DNA of 64,000 nucleotides from Ascidiella aspersa (taxonomy: Eukaryota): assembly GCA_963924565.1 (NCBI GenBank), contig OZ004608.1, positions 11,222,001 to 11,286,000 of the forward strand, written 5' to 3'. Positions 1-11,600 of this stretch are shown here, piece after piece. A program made the position numbers and the translations under genes. Positions within the stretch are counted from its first letter, which is position 1. Every line of letters begins with the position of its first letter. The notes beneath the pieces are model-generated. The model ran no database searches and was not told where the DNA came from. It was given only the letters and a program-made list of their open reading frames with translations.

Positions 1-2
1 TA

Positions 3-1772
3 AGCACACTAACTGTAGGATGTCACAAAAATATCAATTTACCAAAACCTGTGCAAATAGTGTCAAATAAGGGTAATCTTCCAAATAGATGTTCATTTAA
101 TGCAAATTCTATCCCTCACAGTGATGCCAAAACCAACTTAACTCCTTTATGTACATCAACTAGTAGTTTTCTTGAGAATGCAACACCAACAAAAACCAAA
201 GCACAGCAAAGGCATTTCCAAAGCAAAACAAGTTTTACGCCATCTGGCACCGAGTACAATCCATGGAAAAAGCAAGAAAGTCTGAGTAAAAGAAGAAGAA
301 CTTTCAGTGGTTCCTGTGTTAATGCTCAGACTGGAAACCTCCTGAAGTTGAAGCCTACGCCTGTCGTACTTAAAAATACAACAGAAGTAATGCAGACAAA
401 TTTCACTCCAGGGGCAACAAAGCAAACAGAAACTGTGAGTTTCTTAGGAGGGAAATCATGCCAGGGCTTTAAGACTGCAAGTAACAAAGATGTTAAAATA
501 TCCTCCGAGGCTTGGAATAAAGCTAAAGACTTGATGAAATGTCTCGATAAACCGCCAATGGCTTTGTCTCAAAGAGTGCCTAATACAAGTCCTATTAAAG
601 TGTCTAAAGCTGCTTGGTTAAAGATTGAGTCACAAACACCTTGTAACATGAATGCCACTGCATCTAAAGGTAATTATGACACTGCATCTAAAGGTAATAA
701 TGCTACAACAGTAAAAAAATTAAAAATGGCTCTATGTCAAGGCTTTAAGACTGCTAATAATAAGGATTTGAAAATATCCAATAATGCATGGAATAAAGCC
801 ATACAATTTATGAACAATGTTGAAGGGCCCTCAATTGAACATCCTCAAAAGGTAGTTACGAGAAGTCCAATAACGATTTCAAAAGCCTCTTGGTCAAAGG
901 CAGAAAGCACATTGCAGAGCAAGGATCAAACGCTTACAAACATTAAGCATTGCAATATACAAACAAAGAAACAGCCAATCGTGCAAAACACTTCTTGTGG
1001 ATTTCCGGAAATTTCGAACAACTGTGGATTTAGCACTGCAAGTAAAAAAGCCATAACTGTTTCCAAACAAGCGTGGACCAAAGCAATGCAGTTCATGGAA
1101 AATGAATCATCTGCTCTGTCACCAAATTGTGGTAACCTTGAGGGTAACTTGAATCATATTAGTAGTGGTGGTTGCAAGCCAATCACTATACCCAAAGAAG
1201 CATGGAATAAGGCAAAACATGTTATGTCAAGTTCAAGTTGCATGGAGAATAAAATGGAGAAAACTGACAATATTACCGGTAAATCAGTTGCGAAAAACGT
1301 TGAAAAAATATGTAAACTAGAGAGAAAAGTGATTCAACCTGTTGGTACTCTAAAATCTGTAAAACCAAATAGTTTTACGACTCCAAAATCTTTGCAAAAT
1401 TTGCCTGAAAACAGTTCGGATTCTGGATGCGGAATTCGAACTCCTTCTTCCACAGTAAGAACAACAGATGACTCTAACCTGCTTAGCCAAAAAGCTGTTT
1501 TAAGGAGTTTCCCGTCTGCGAAAAGACGCAACAGTGCCTACAAGCCACCAAGGAGTAAAAGGGATAAACTTCAAAACCATAGCAAAAAAACGGGGCCTGA
1601 TATTGCACAAACAGTTGATTCTGAAAAGGAGAATGTTGTACCGTCTTCTCAAAAATCACCTGCTTGCAGGTCGATTGGTAAACGCCTGGGCATCAAAACG
1701 AACCCGGAAACTCAGATTATGATGTCTGACGAAAGTTTGCTTTTGGCGTTGGAGCTAATTGAAAACACATGA
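3..1772 (+). CDS. Terminal exon of a BRC-like-repeat protein (BRCA2-like RAD51-binding repeats), 5'-partial
   Basis: Frame is open from position 3 (STLTVGCHKNINLPKPVQ...) to TGA at 1770-1772, about 590 codons of S/T/K/N-rich disordered sequence. It contains GFKTASNKDVKISSEAWNKAKDLM (~459-540), GFKTANNKDLKISNNAWNKAIQFM (~735-815) and GFSTASKKAITVSKQAWTKAMQFM (~1023-1100), matching the BRC consensus FxTASGKxVxVSxxxLxKAKxLF, plus three half repeats and a SAYKPPRS motif. Candidate AATAAA at 2347-2352. Confidence 0.75.
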   Translation, partial: STLTVGCHKNINLPKPVQIVSNKGNLPNRCSFNANSIPHSDAKTNLTPLCTSTSSFLENATPTKTKAQQRHFQSKTSFTPSGTEYNPWKKQESLSKRRRTFSGSCVNAQTGNLLKLKPTPVVLKNTTEVMQTNFTPGATKQTETVSFLGGKSCQGFKTASNKDVKISSEAWNKAKDLMKCLDKPPMALSQRVPNTSPIKVSKAAWLKIESQTPCNMNATASKGNYDTASKGNNATTVKKLKMALCQGFKTANNKDLKISNNAWNKAIQFMNNVEGPSIEHPQKVVTRSPITISKASWSKAESTLQSKDQTLTNIKHCNIQTKKQPIVQNTSCGFPEISNNCGFSTASKKAITVSKQAWTKAMQFMENESSALSPNCGNLEGNLNHISSGGCKPITIPKEAWNKAKHVMSSSSCMENKMEKTDNITGKSVAKNVEKICKLERKVIQPVGTLKSVKPNSFTTPKSLQNLPENSSDSGCGIRTPSSTVRTTDDSNLLSQKAVLRSFPSAKRRNSAYKPPRSKRDKLQNHSKKTGPDIAQTVDSEKENVVPSSQKSPACRSIGKRLGIKTNPETQIMMSDESLLLALELIENT

Positions 1773-2610
1773 CGTCACATTGGCACAGTGATTTATTTTA
1801 TTCACTTAACCGCAGTGACACCCTGTTGTTGTTGTTGGGCGATTTTATAGTGTTTCTTACAGTACTATACGTATGAACGCGTGCTGATTACTCCTAGCGC
1901 TTTGTACTGATTTTGCAATTTAGCTTTTTCTTACCACTATTGTTCTATCCCACGCCACTTGCATGAATTGTTTTCGCGATTTTTCGTGTTTCACATTTTT
2001 TCAAATTTTATGCTGTTTGCCGTTGTTGCAATTTGCTTTTTGTTGCCACTTAAAGTTCTTCAGCTTCTCGAAGTTTTCTCTGTTACTGATACGGTAGAAG
2101 AGGACTGCGAAATGCTATTTGAAAGAGGCCGTAAAATGCGTACAAATACTCTACACTTCAGGAACAGGCGATCTCTTAAGTGAAAATTGTATTTTACAAC
2201 ACGAAAAACACAGTTTTACAAGACACAATCCACACTTAAATTACCTAACGGCTGAAAAGGCAAAAGTTATAACAGGGCAGAGGACACAACCGGAAAAATA
2301 GCGCAAAAACAAAACACTTTAAATTGCTAAAGTCGTATAAATAACAAATAAATACACAACAACAGCGGTGGCAAGAAATTATACCCTGTAATAGTTGAAT
2401 TTAAGAAAAATCCGCAAACTCAATGTTTGGCTTTTTAATTATATTTCAATTTATGAACATTTTTCCAACTTACGATTTCACTGTGTAACAGTAATCGGCC
2501 TACAGTATTTTTATTTTACCGTTAAATTATATAAAACAAAATATCCAACATGGGAATAGTCACAAGTGTAAAGCTCTTCCTGCGCGAGAAAAATCGCCAT
2601 TCTCGTTCGT

Positions 2611-5600
2611 CTATTCGGTGTACATCAATCCGGGGCTGTCTTCGTCAGACACCAGGTTCTGGTAAAGGCTCTGCTCCTTCTTTCGCTTTCTGTATCGCTT
2701 CATGCTGGTCACTGCCAGCGCCACGAGCACGTTAAGTACTACGAAGGCGATCACACCGACCGACGCCCACACAATTGACTCGGTGGTGGCGAGAGCGTCT
2801 GCGCTTGCTGTTGCTGGTGACTCTGTTTAAACGGAAGCGGTTATTTTGAAGCGCGACTTGCAATGCAACCACATCGCAGTAAAATGTAGAAATCACAACG
2901 ACTGGGTTATTTTAGCAGTTCCCATATAAACGGTTCTAAACTTTTCAGCGGGGACTCGTAAATTCCCTTTGGCAGACACGTTTCCATTTACAAAACGCGA
3001 TTAAAATAAACTACGCGAAACGTTAATTTACCTAATTATTACTCTACGCGATTAACAATATTATAGGACAAACGCTCATTAGTTTTTAAGAAAATGTCAA
3101 CTTTTCGCTGGGCTCGCTTAAATTTTGTTTGGTAAACACTATACCCACTTTTCCATTGACAAAACGTGGATAAAATGTATTATGTGGATCTTTCATTTAC
3201 CTACTTATAACCAGACCCGATCAAATTTATTTTAAGGACAAACGCTCATTATTTTTTTTTATAGAAAATGTTTATTTAGATAGAAGTAAAGAGGTAAGAT
3301 TTACCTGGAAACGTCACCTCGTAGCTGTACCCAAGTTGCTCGCTCGGTACAAACATTTCACCGTTTTTAACCGGCGGAAAGAATGGAACCATGTTGTAGT
3401 TGAGGTTGTGGCCGACCGGGGCGTCTTGCTCCGGGTAGTCCGACAACGTTCCATTGTTCCTGGTAAAAAAAGTTCAACAACATAAATTTTACTGCCTGGT
3501 TAAACTGATGTGCCCATAAACGACGTAGCGCAAAACATTAAATTCCGACGCAACACTACTTTCTTTTTGCTTTGTCTCAATTTTGAGATTACTGTTTTAA
3601 AAACGAGATAACAGTTTTAATAATTTTACTGTCTGATTGAAACGAAGCATTGCCTTAAATAACGCATTAAATGACAGTACATTATAAAAAACAGGAATTA
3701 CTTTTCCGTTGTAACATGTTTTCTAAGTGTGAATTAAGAGAGTAATTTAAAAGAGTTGATTGTTTTATATGCGTCATTTAATATGACCCTCGAATATAAA
3801 CGTCCTAAACCCCCCCATCGTAAGTGCTGTGCCTTAAAGCAAGTCATTCTCAGAATCCTACCTCTTTAGCCACTCGTCGAAGATAGCATCAGTGAAGGAA
3901 TGGAGCAGAACGAATATTGGGTCGTTGGTTGAGGCGTGGGTCGTTCCTCCGGTGCCGTTTAGGAAAAGATGGGCCAAGTTGTGCAGAGTTCGAACACCGA
4001 CTTCAAATTCACCGTCCGGTTTTGAATAACCTAAAGACAGGGGAAAATAAACTGGCTATAAAACAGTGTTTCGCAACCTTTTTTGGCTTGCGACACCCTA
4101 CAGAAATTAAAATATTGTATCAAGAAGCTTACCAATAGAGCAAAAATTAGAATCCTAACTAATTTGAAATGTGTTTCGGCACCCTTGAGCGTTAAAAATG
4201 GCACCCTATAGAGTGCCGCGGCACCCCGTTTGAGAACCACTGCGCTCTAGGGTGGACAATTGAGCATCAGGTATTTTATGTTTTTGAAGGCAATTTATGT
4301 TGTGAAAGTAAATCAGCCAAGAAAACGTAGGGTTGCATAAGCCTTGAAAGAGGCAAGTTTAAGTTATAGATATTTTGGTCGCTAACATACTTCGGATAAA
4401 ATTAAGTTTGCACAATGCATTTAAGCTAAGCTAAAATTTTAGTTTCTTTTGCAATACTCGGGTAAACTCGTACCTTCCAACGCGTTCCTAAAACTTCCAT
4501 TCGAGTTGGAAAAAAAGGGAAACGAGTCGTAGGTTTCCACTTGCACGCAGCTTGCCACGTCATCTGGCTCGGGAAGGTTCTGCACTGCTGGGCGTTCAAC
4601 GTTGCCACCGGGATTGCGAACAATTGGGCCTGGAATGCCCACAATGATAACATTATTAATTAAAAAGGAAGGAGTAATAATAAGCAACAAATTAAACATA
4701 ACTGTACAGCTTTCGGTGTACTAACTGTACAGGCTTACATAAATGTCGAGGACCTATATGCCAACGAACGGCGTTCATTGACGTACAATGTCAATCACCA
4801 AACATTCAATAGATACAGAAATGTTATTGATAAAGAAACATTCTGATCGTGAATTCCTTGCGTAACTTACAGGTAATTTTATTTTCGCTCTATATTTTTA
4901 ACCAGGAAAATTGTTATTTTGCTAGAAAGGGATGTAAAATGTTAAATCCGAGTATATTACCCTCTGCCGTTCCGTTGCACAACTTCAGGTTCTCGTTGTA
5001 CCAATCCATGCTGAGGCAAACCACTTCCCAATCGGCAAAACGCGAGTTGTTTCCTAACGACGTCGCATTGTCGGCACTTCGAGCGCCCATCAACTCGTCC
5101 GTGCAAATGTCACACTCTGAACCTGTCAATTAATTAGCGGGGAAATTAATGGGACTTATTTAATTAAGGTAAAAATTAGAGTGTCAATGGCATTACTTTT
5201 TAATCTATGGAAAATACCAGCTTGGATTTTAAACTGGGTTGTCACTTAATCGACATTAAGTTGCCAAAGAGTATTTGAAGTCGAAAAATATACAAGTGGT
5301 GCTTTAATTAATTTTACGCCGTATATAATAGGAACTACTAACATATCACCCATATCGATTGCTTAGTACTTCAGACTATTTTTAAAGCGTTTAATAAAAA
5401 AACAAATTTGCCATTTTTTTAACATTTTATTTTCTGCTGAAGATTCCTTACAAACCTAAGTGGTCCAACTTATAACAAAAATATACATGACAATTAACGC
5501 AGCCCTGCTACTTAATCACAAACGCATAGACCTCCTACCTCCGATGGCAAAGTCCCAGTATGGCAGTGACAGGGTCGGGTCCCCTGCTAGCACCTGCAAG

Positions 5601-7467
5601 TCGCGCTCGAGCCCAAGAAGATGCATTCTGTGCCAGGTGAGGAAGGCAGGGCCCTCGTGGGAGAAGTCGATGGCCGCGTAGGTCTGGCCTGGGATAAGCA
5701 CAGTGTCGCGCACTGAGTAGTAGTGCTGCCAGGTAAAAAGGTCGTACACCGAGATGTTCACGAACTGGGGCTCAGTTCCGTTCTCGCCCAACAGGTTGCT
5801 GGGAAAATATTGCAATAACGAATAAAAAGGTATTTGTGCGGTGGATTTGATTGACCCTTTGCGTTGGAAACATTTCTATTAGTTGGGCCGTGGAAAAAAA
5901 TCTGTTGAAACGTATATTTAGTGTCGAGAACTATGTGATTGCTTGCGCTGCTAGTCTGTGACAACTTTCAATTTTATTTTATCTATGACACAATAAAAGG
6001 TTTACTAAGACATGAAAAATAAGGATCATAACAAAAGCAGGAAATAAGGTTTGTTCAGACCTGGATTATTATACTTAAACGAAAGCATTGTTTAATTACC
6101 GCTAGGAGATCTCACGTTTCATTGCTAAATTTGAAAGTTTAGAGTTTGGACAATAAAGCATTTCGCCTTTAACGTCTATTTGGGCCGTTATTTTCACCAT
6201 TAAACTTATTGATAGTTTAGATTTCCTTAAAAAAATCATTTTAAATCTAATAACGGAAGATAATATTATATCGATATGATCTTTACAGTATAAGATGATA
6301 TCACGGACTAAGAATTCCAAAGGAATGCAGAAAGTCAGAAAAGATCTATTTATCTGACAAATTTGTAAAAAGTAAAAGTATAGATAGGTCTTGGTTCAAT
6401 TAAACTATTTTCAGGGCTATTGGTTAACAACATAGTAAATGATTCAAGACGCCCTTCCGTGTTTCATACCTGTAAAATTCGGTGGCGACCACAAAGTCCG
6501 GATGCGGCGCGGTCTTGGACTCGTCGAGGACGCTCAGAAACCTTTCTTGCTCCTCCGTTGTCATGTTTACGATGTTCCTCCGGACGTTGACCGCCCGTCG
6601 CTCCTGGCAACCGTCTCCTTGCCAGCCAATCTGGCACCGGGAGCAGTCAAATCCGCCGAAGTTTCCGTTGCACTCGCATGCCCTTTAAAGTAGATAGAAA
6701 GTATACCCTACTAAGACAGGGGTGGGCAAATATTCTTTAGATGCCGTAGCACGAGAAACAGAAAATGGTTTGAAAGGCCGGGTCAAAGAGAGAAATCCAA
6801 ACGGGAGGTAGCAATGAAGTCTTACTGACTTTTGTAAAACCCATCCCACGAAAGCGCGGTGGATGCCCTCAAAAAAGCTTTTATTAAAAATGAGAAGCAT
6901 ACCCAAAGGCTTGGCTAGAGTAGCACTCAAGTAAAATGATATAGGTCTAATCCATAAAGGCATTTTTTTATTACGAATAATAAATTGTTTCGTGCAGGCA
7001 TTAAGTAAATTTAAATTATGCTCTAAAGTCTATAAAGTATATGTACCTTGGGGATTTTCGGTATGTTTAGTATAAATTAGGGAAAAGCTTTTGCTAGTTG
7101 TGCATATGTGCATATACAAAGTAAAAAAGCACATTTCAAAACCATTGTCCATTTAACTGTCTCTAGCTTCTTACCTAGTGAAGAACCTTTCCGGCCACCT
7201 TTCTCTGTCGTCGATCCCGGCCAACAGATATTGCACTCCGTGACGTAGGTCTTCGATTGTGACGTCAGCGCAGCGGCCTCTTCCCTCCAGCTCGCCGCAC
7301 TGGGAGCCGTTCAGCAAGGGGCAGCACTCTTTCGAAACTATTGCGTCCACAGTGGCGCAAACCCTTGGAAACTGGCAACTTGCAAGGTGCAGTGCGGACA
7401 CGAAAAACAGCAGTATAACCGTGGGAAGGCTTGGCTGCATATTAGCTGAATGAAGTGCAGTCTTCAT
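2611..7467 (-). CDS. TYRP1: Tyrosinase-related protein (TYRP1/DCT family, Tyrp1/2-type), 8 exons
   Basis: Exons on minus: 7467(or 7440)-7175, 6682-6470, 5798-5539, 5122-4961, 4629-4474, 4030-3862, 3459-3305, 2822-2611, all GT-AG with matching phases. Signal peptide then QFPRVC and a Cys-rich domain ([15 protein letters not shown]). Metal site A WQHYYSV...[14 protein letters not shown]. Metal site [14 protein letters not shown]...[20 protein letters not shown] (LLH as in TYRPs, not tyrosinase LHH). Then DAPVGHN, a TM helix and a basic cytoplasmic tail. Confidence 0.95.
2968..3271. repeat. Diverged tandem duplication (~130-145 bp x2) in TYRP intron 7
   Basis: 2968-3097 and 3128-3271 share tttgg...tttccatt(t/g)acaaaacg...atttaccta...aggacaaacgctcatta...agaaaatgt. 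Confidence 0.7.
4064..4242. mobile_element. hAT-type MITE (CAGTG(G/T)TTCTCAA termini) in TYRP intron 5
   Basis: Starts cagtgtttcgcaacc and ends gtttgagaaccactg. Internal gcacc/gtgcc motifs are shared with the 48143 copy. No clear TSD. Confidence 0.65.
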
Positions 7468-8689
7468 TGTCTCGAACCTCTGCTGGTTGTTACGCTAGAA
7501 ACTTAAAAGTGAACGATCGCTACAAGTCTACTACTATACTTGAAACTTTTACTACCGAGTTGATCTTGCTTGTTGTAAACAGTAGACGCCGATGAATGAT
7601 GTGTCGTTGAAGTTGACAGCGATCCCTTATGTAGGTTTTCGACGTCGCGCCTTTTTCGATAAAGTTTTTAATAGGATCTTTGCTCCTTTGTTCTTTTGCA
7701 TTCTAAGACGCTAATCCTTTGCGTTTCATGTCTATTCAAACGGACGTGGGATATTGACTTGACTTTAGGAAACGGCAGAAGCTATTAACGCAGTTGCTCA
7801 CCGCTAAGATCTATGTTTTATAATCCGATCAACGTTTATTCGGATTTAAACGAGCAGCAACATCTCTTGCCAAGGCAAGAAAGCACATTCGCCGTATAGT
7901 TTGGATAAAAAACTGTAGAGATAGCCGACTCGAAAAAAAAACAATTGTTTTTTTATGAATTTCGAGTAGTTCGTCGATTTAGCTTTACGCTGTTTTAACC
8001 GTATAAGGTTTGTAATATTATTATGGAGTTTTTGTTTTGTGTGCTGTTCCAGTTTTTTAATGTAACTCAGAATTATACACCGTTTGTGACGGAAATATAT
8101 AAACTACAACAGAAATATATACATTGTTTTATATGGTCTACTCCAAAACATTGCGAAGGGACAACTGTCATAAATTTGCGATTTAAATATGGAAAAAAAT
8201 TATGACAAAAAAATTAGATTAAATATGGAAAATATATAGTGAAAACTTCATTGTCTAAAATGTACTTAAATAGTGTCTGAAGCCACAGCGAGAACTAAAC
8301 GAAAATGGTTAAATGACTCGAGGCGAAGGTGCTTTTGTCACACATGCGTAATATTGAGTTGTGCATTAGTTGTGCGTTATGCTAATGAGTATATCAACAT
8401 TAGCGCGCAAACGGTATTATATCGATGACATGCGGTCAATCGCTGCATGCCGACCGACAGTAGGCCAATATAGGATGTCGTCTCGCGCCTCAGTTATTAC
8501 AGCTACGTCCGCTGCCAGCACCAACCGAACAGAAAGTAAGCCAAAGATTAATGGCCGAAATGATCTCTGCTGTGTCAGGCGTGAGTCTCACACCCTTCCG
8601 GTAAAGCTTAGGTGGAGGTCTTAAAAAGTTACATTTGCTGCTGATGTTCGCGAAAAGCTTGCTTACTGGGTTTGTTTTATGTTGCTGAA
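7468..8689. promoter_or_regulatory. Candidate bidirectional promoter between TYRP and SLC2A8-like gene
   Basis: 1.2 kb between divergent start codons. Clustered CTTTG (TCF/Sox-like) motifs at ~7677-7722 and an E-box CACATG at ~8343. The motif calls are weak on their own. Confidence 0.5.
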
Positions 8690-11600
8690 ATGGCACCAAA
8701 TGCCCCTCAAGATGTAGAAGAGTCGAAGTCATTGCTGTCGGGAGACGGTCGCAAAGAGAAGTTGTGAGTTTTTTTACATGTTTATCTGTTAAATAAACTT
8801 ACATAGCTTTAAACATACGTTCAGCTTGAAGGGCGCACATGCTCGGCATTGTCTGTTTCAAAGAGCATAATACTGTGCCACCATATTAGTTTGATATTTG
8901 TTTGCAGTTCCGCGACTGACGCAAAGCTTAAACTCAAAGTTTGTTGCGTTGTGTTCCAGTCAGCATTACAGCGTTAAACGTTATTCAGCACATATGCTGT
9001 TGCGAATAAAATGGGTGGAAGTGTACATGGCTAATTCGTAATTTACACAGTCCCGCGCCAACGAGGAAACTGTTTGATCGATTGCTGTCCCAATTAAGTT
9101 AGCCTCAAACTATTTGAGATAAAATAAAAGCTTTGTCCATCCTATAGTTAAAAGTAGAATGCTTCATGCTCTATTTTGTTGGAGTATTTACAAATTTGAA
9201 CGAATGCCACCCAAGCTATGTGCATATCACCCGCATAGTTTTATGACTTGGTATCCAATCGTCCGCACGCCCTTGGTCCAATCCAAATGTTAGGCCTGTG
9301 TGGGGTTGGTGCGTTTGCTCAAAATCTCTCTGAAAAATAACAAGAAAGAGGACATATGCTTATAAATAAAATAAGCGACAGGCAATAATCTTTGCAATAC
9401 GGGAACTAAATGTAGAATATTTTAAACTCGAAGTCTTGCTGCTTGTGCTACACGAAGCCGCTGCTAAAACCACCAACCATTTTGTTACTAATATCGCCTA
9501 GAATTTGAGCAGACAATCAAGGGCCTTATCTAGCTAATGTAAAATTTGTTAGATCTAACATTAGGTAAAGAAAGGAAAATTATTAACAAGATAATACGAT
9601 TGGACATGAAGTCACTTTGCAGGCGATTTCTACGCCAAAATGTTTTCCGAAATATCGTAAGCTCTACCGACACCTCGTTAACTGTGCACCTCTCTTTTAC
9701 AGTGAAGAGAAGGGTAGTTTCGTCCTCTATGTATCGTGTTTCATCGTGCTGCTCGGGGCCGTTTCGGTGGGTGCCATGCTCGGTCTCACATCTCCAGTAA
9801 TCCCTGGTATCCAGGCGATGGGTCCAACGTCGCCCCTCTACCTCACCACAATGCAAGCGTCGTGGTTTGGGGTAAGTACTCAGTTGGTCAATAAGCACGT
9901 ACCGAGTAAAGGCTTATACAGTTTTTTTGCAAAAATAACTTCGGATAAAAGTTTTGTTTGTTTTTGGGATTTTTGCATGTTGACCTATCAAATTATAGGT
10001 TGTTTGGTATTGTTTCGTGGAGGGTATGCTAAAATGGCTCGTTTGTTTTGTTCTCAGTTGCCTTAATTTGTTGCGCTATTCCATTTGCTTTATTTTCTTG
10101 TGCTTTTGCTTTTCCATTTAAAACATTCACAGTTTCAAAGTTGCCATTTCTACGGAAGCCGTATAGGCCTAATAGCATAAACGTCTTTCGTGGTTTCCTG
10201 ACTGCTTCGACTAGGGGAGCTTGCAAGCTAAGTTTAGCATGTCTTATGACCTTGTAAACGCCCTAGCACTGTGTACGGTTTTCTACTCTAAAATTTCGGC
10301 AACAGCGAGACTATTCGTTGCTTGTCTTTATATGATATTTTAGAACAACATTACCTGATAACATTTTAACTAAAGTATCACAAGAACTAAAGTTGTGATA
10401 TTTTTAATTTTGCGATATTTTTGCTTACATTCATGTTGTCATCCTTATAATTGGCTGTTGCTCGCTACCCAGGCTTCGGTCACCGTTGGTGCTGTAGTTG
10501 GTGCTTACATCGCTGGTTTCATCATGCAAGCGATTGGAAGAAAATTTACGTCCGTCTTATCTGGAATCCCGTTTATAGTCGGCCTGATCGTAAGTATATT
10601 ATCGAAGCAAAAGACAAGTAGTTTTCGGAAATTAGAGCGATTAAGTTTTAATAGAAACTTACTTTTGATAAAAAAAAACAATTGGTAAGGTGACTTTTGT
10701 TTAAAATCGTCGAGAAAACATATTGACGTAATTTTTTTTAGGTTAATGGCAGGTTGGTCGAGTTTAACACCCTTAAAGCCAACTCACTTTTACTCCTTAT
10801 GTTCAAACTGCAGCTCGATATTCAGTTTAAGCAACATTAAACATTTACACGCCAACCAAACTATTCCCAGCGAAATGAACCTTTGTTTTTATTGAAAGTA
10901 CCACTTTTCCTGGTTGCGGGGTAGGACTTACTGCGGTCGCTTTCCCACGCGTCAGACACGTGGTGAAGACCACCTCATGCCCGACCCACAGAGGCGCAAC
11001 GCCCCCGACGATTGCTATAGTCAAAACATAACTGAAGAATTCGGTTTAACGAATTATAAACTTCCGTCCTGCGTCGTGTATAGGCCTACATTCTTAGAAC
11101 AGGTGTATGTTACGAGAGAATGAACAACGAAAGCATAAACTGAGTTTGTTTAAGAAAATACAACTACTTTTTATAACTTTTTGTTTATGCAATTACGAAT
11201 TATTATAACGTCGGAAAGATGTTCACCTGAGATAATAACAGGCCTCTTACGCAGACAAGGAATAATACATTTGTTTAGCTCGATTAAAATTTAATCAACA
11301 CTACAAAATTCGTAAATGTCCTGTATCGATAACGTTAGTTCGTTTATTGCTTTTAAGCCCAACAAAACATTCCAACAGTTACAGTTATAGGCTATTCAAA
11401 AAAACAAAAAGCAGTAAATTGTCTTTTTTTTACCCGTTGATCAATTCAATTCTTACATTTTTCTCCAAAAAACCATATATGTATTTTAATTAAAGTTCGT
11501 AAAATAAAAAAGGTCGAAGTCCAAATAAACCGAAGCAAAAGTAAACATTCCATTATGATTAATGGTATCTCCAGTTTAGGAAAAACTCTTCCTCCAAAAT

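Noticed and set aside
3862-5798. Calling the minus-strand gene tyrosinase (TYR)
   Set aside because: Site B ends LLH rather than LHH and site A has [18 protein letters not shown], which match the TYRP1/DCT branch.
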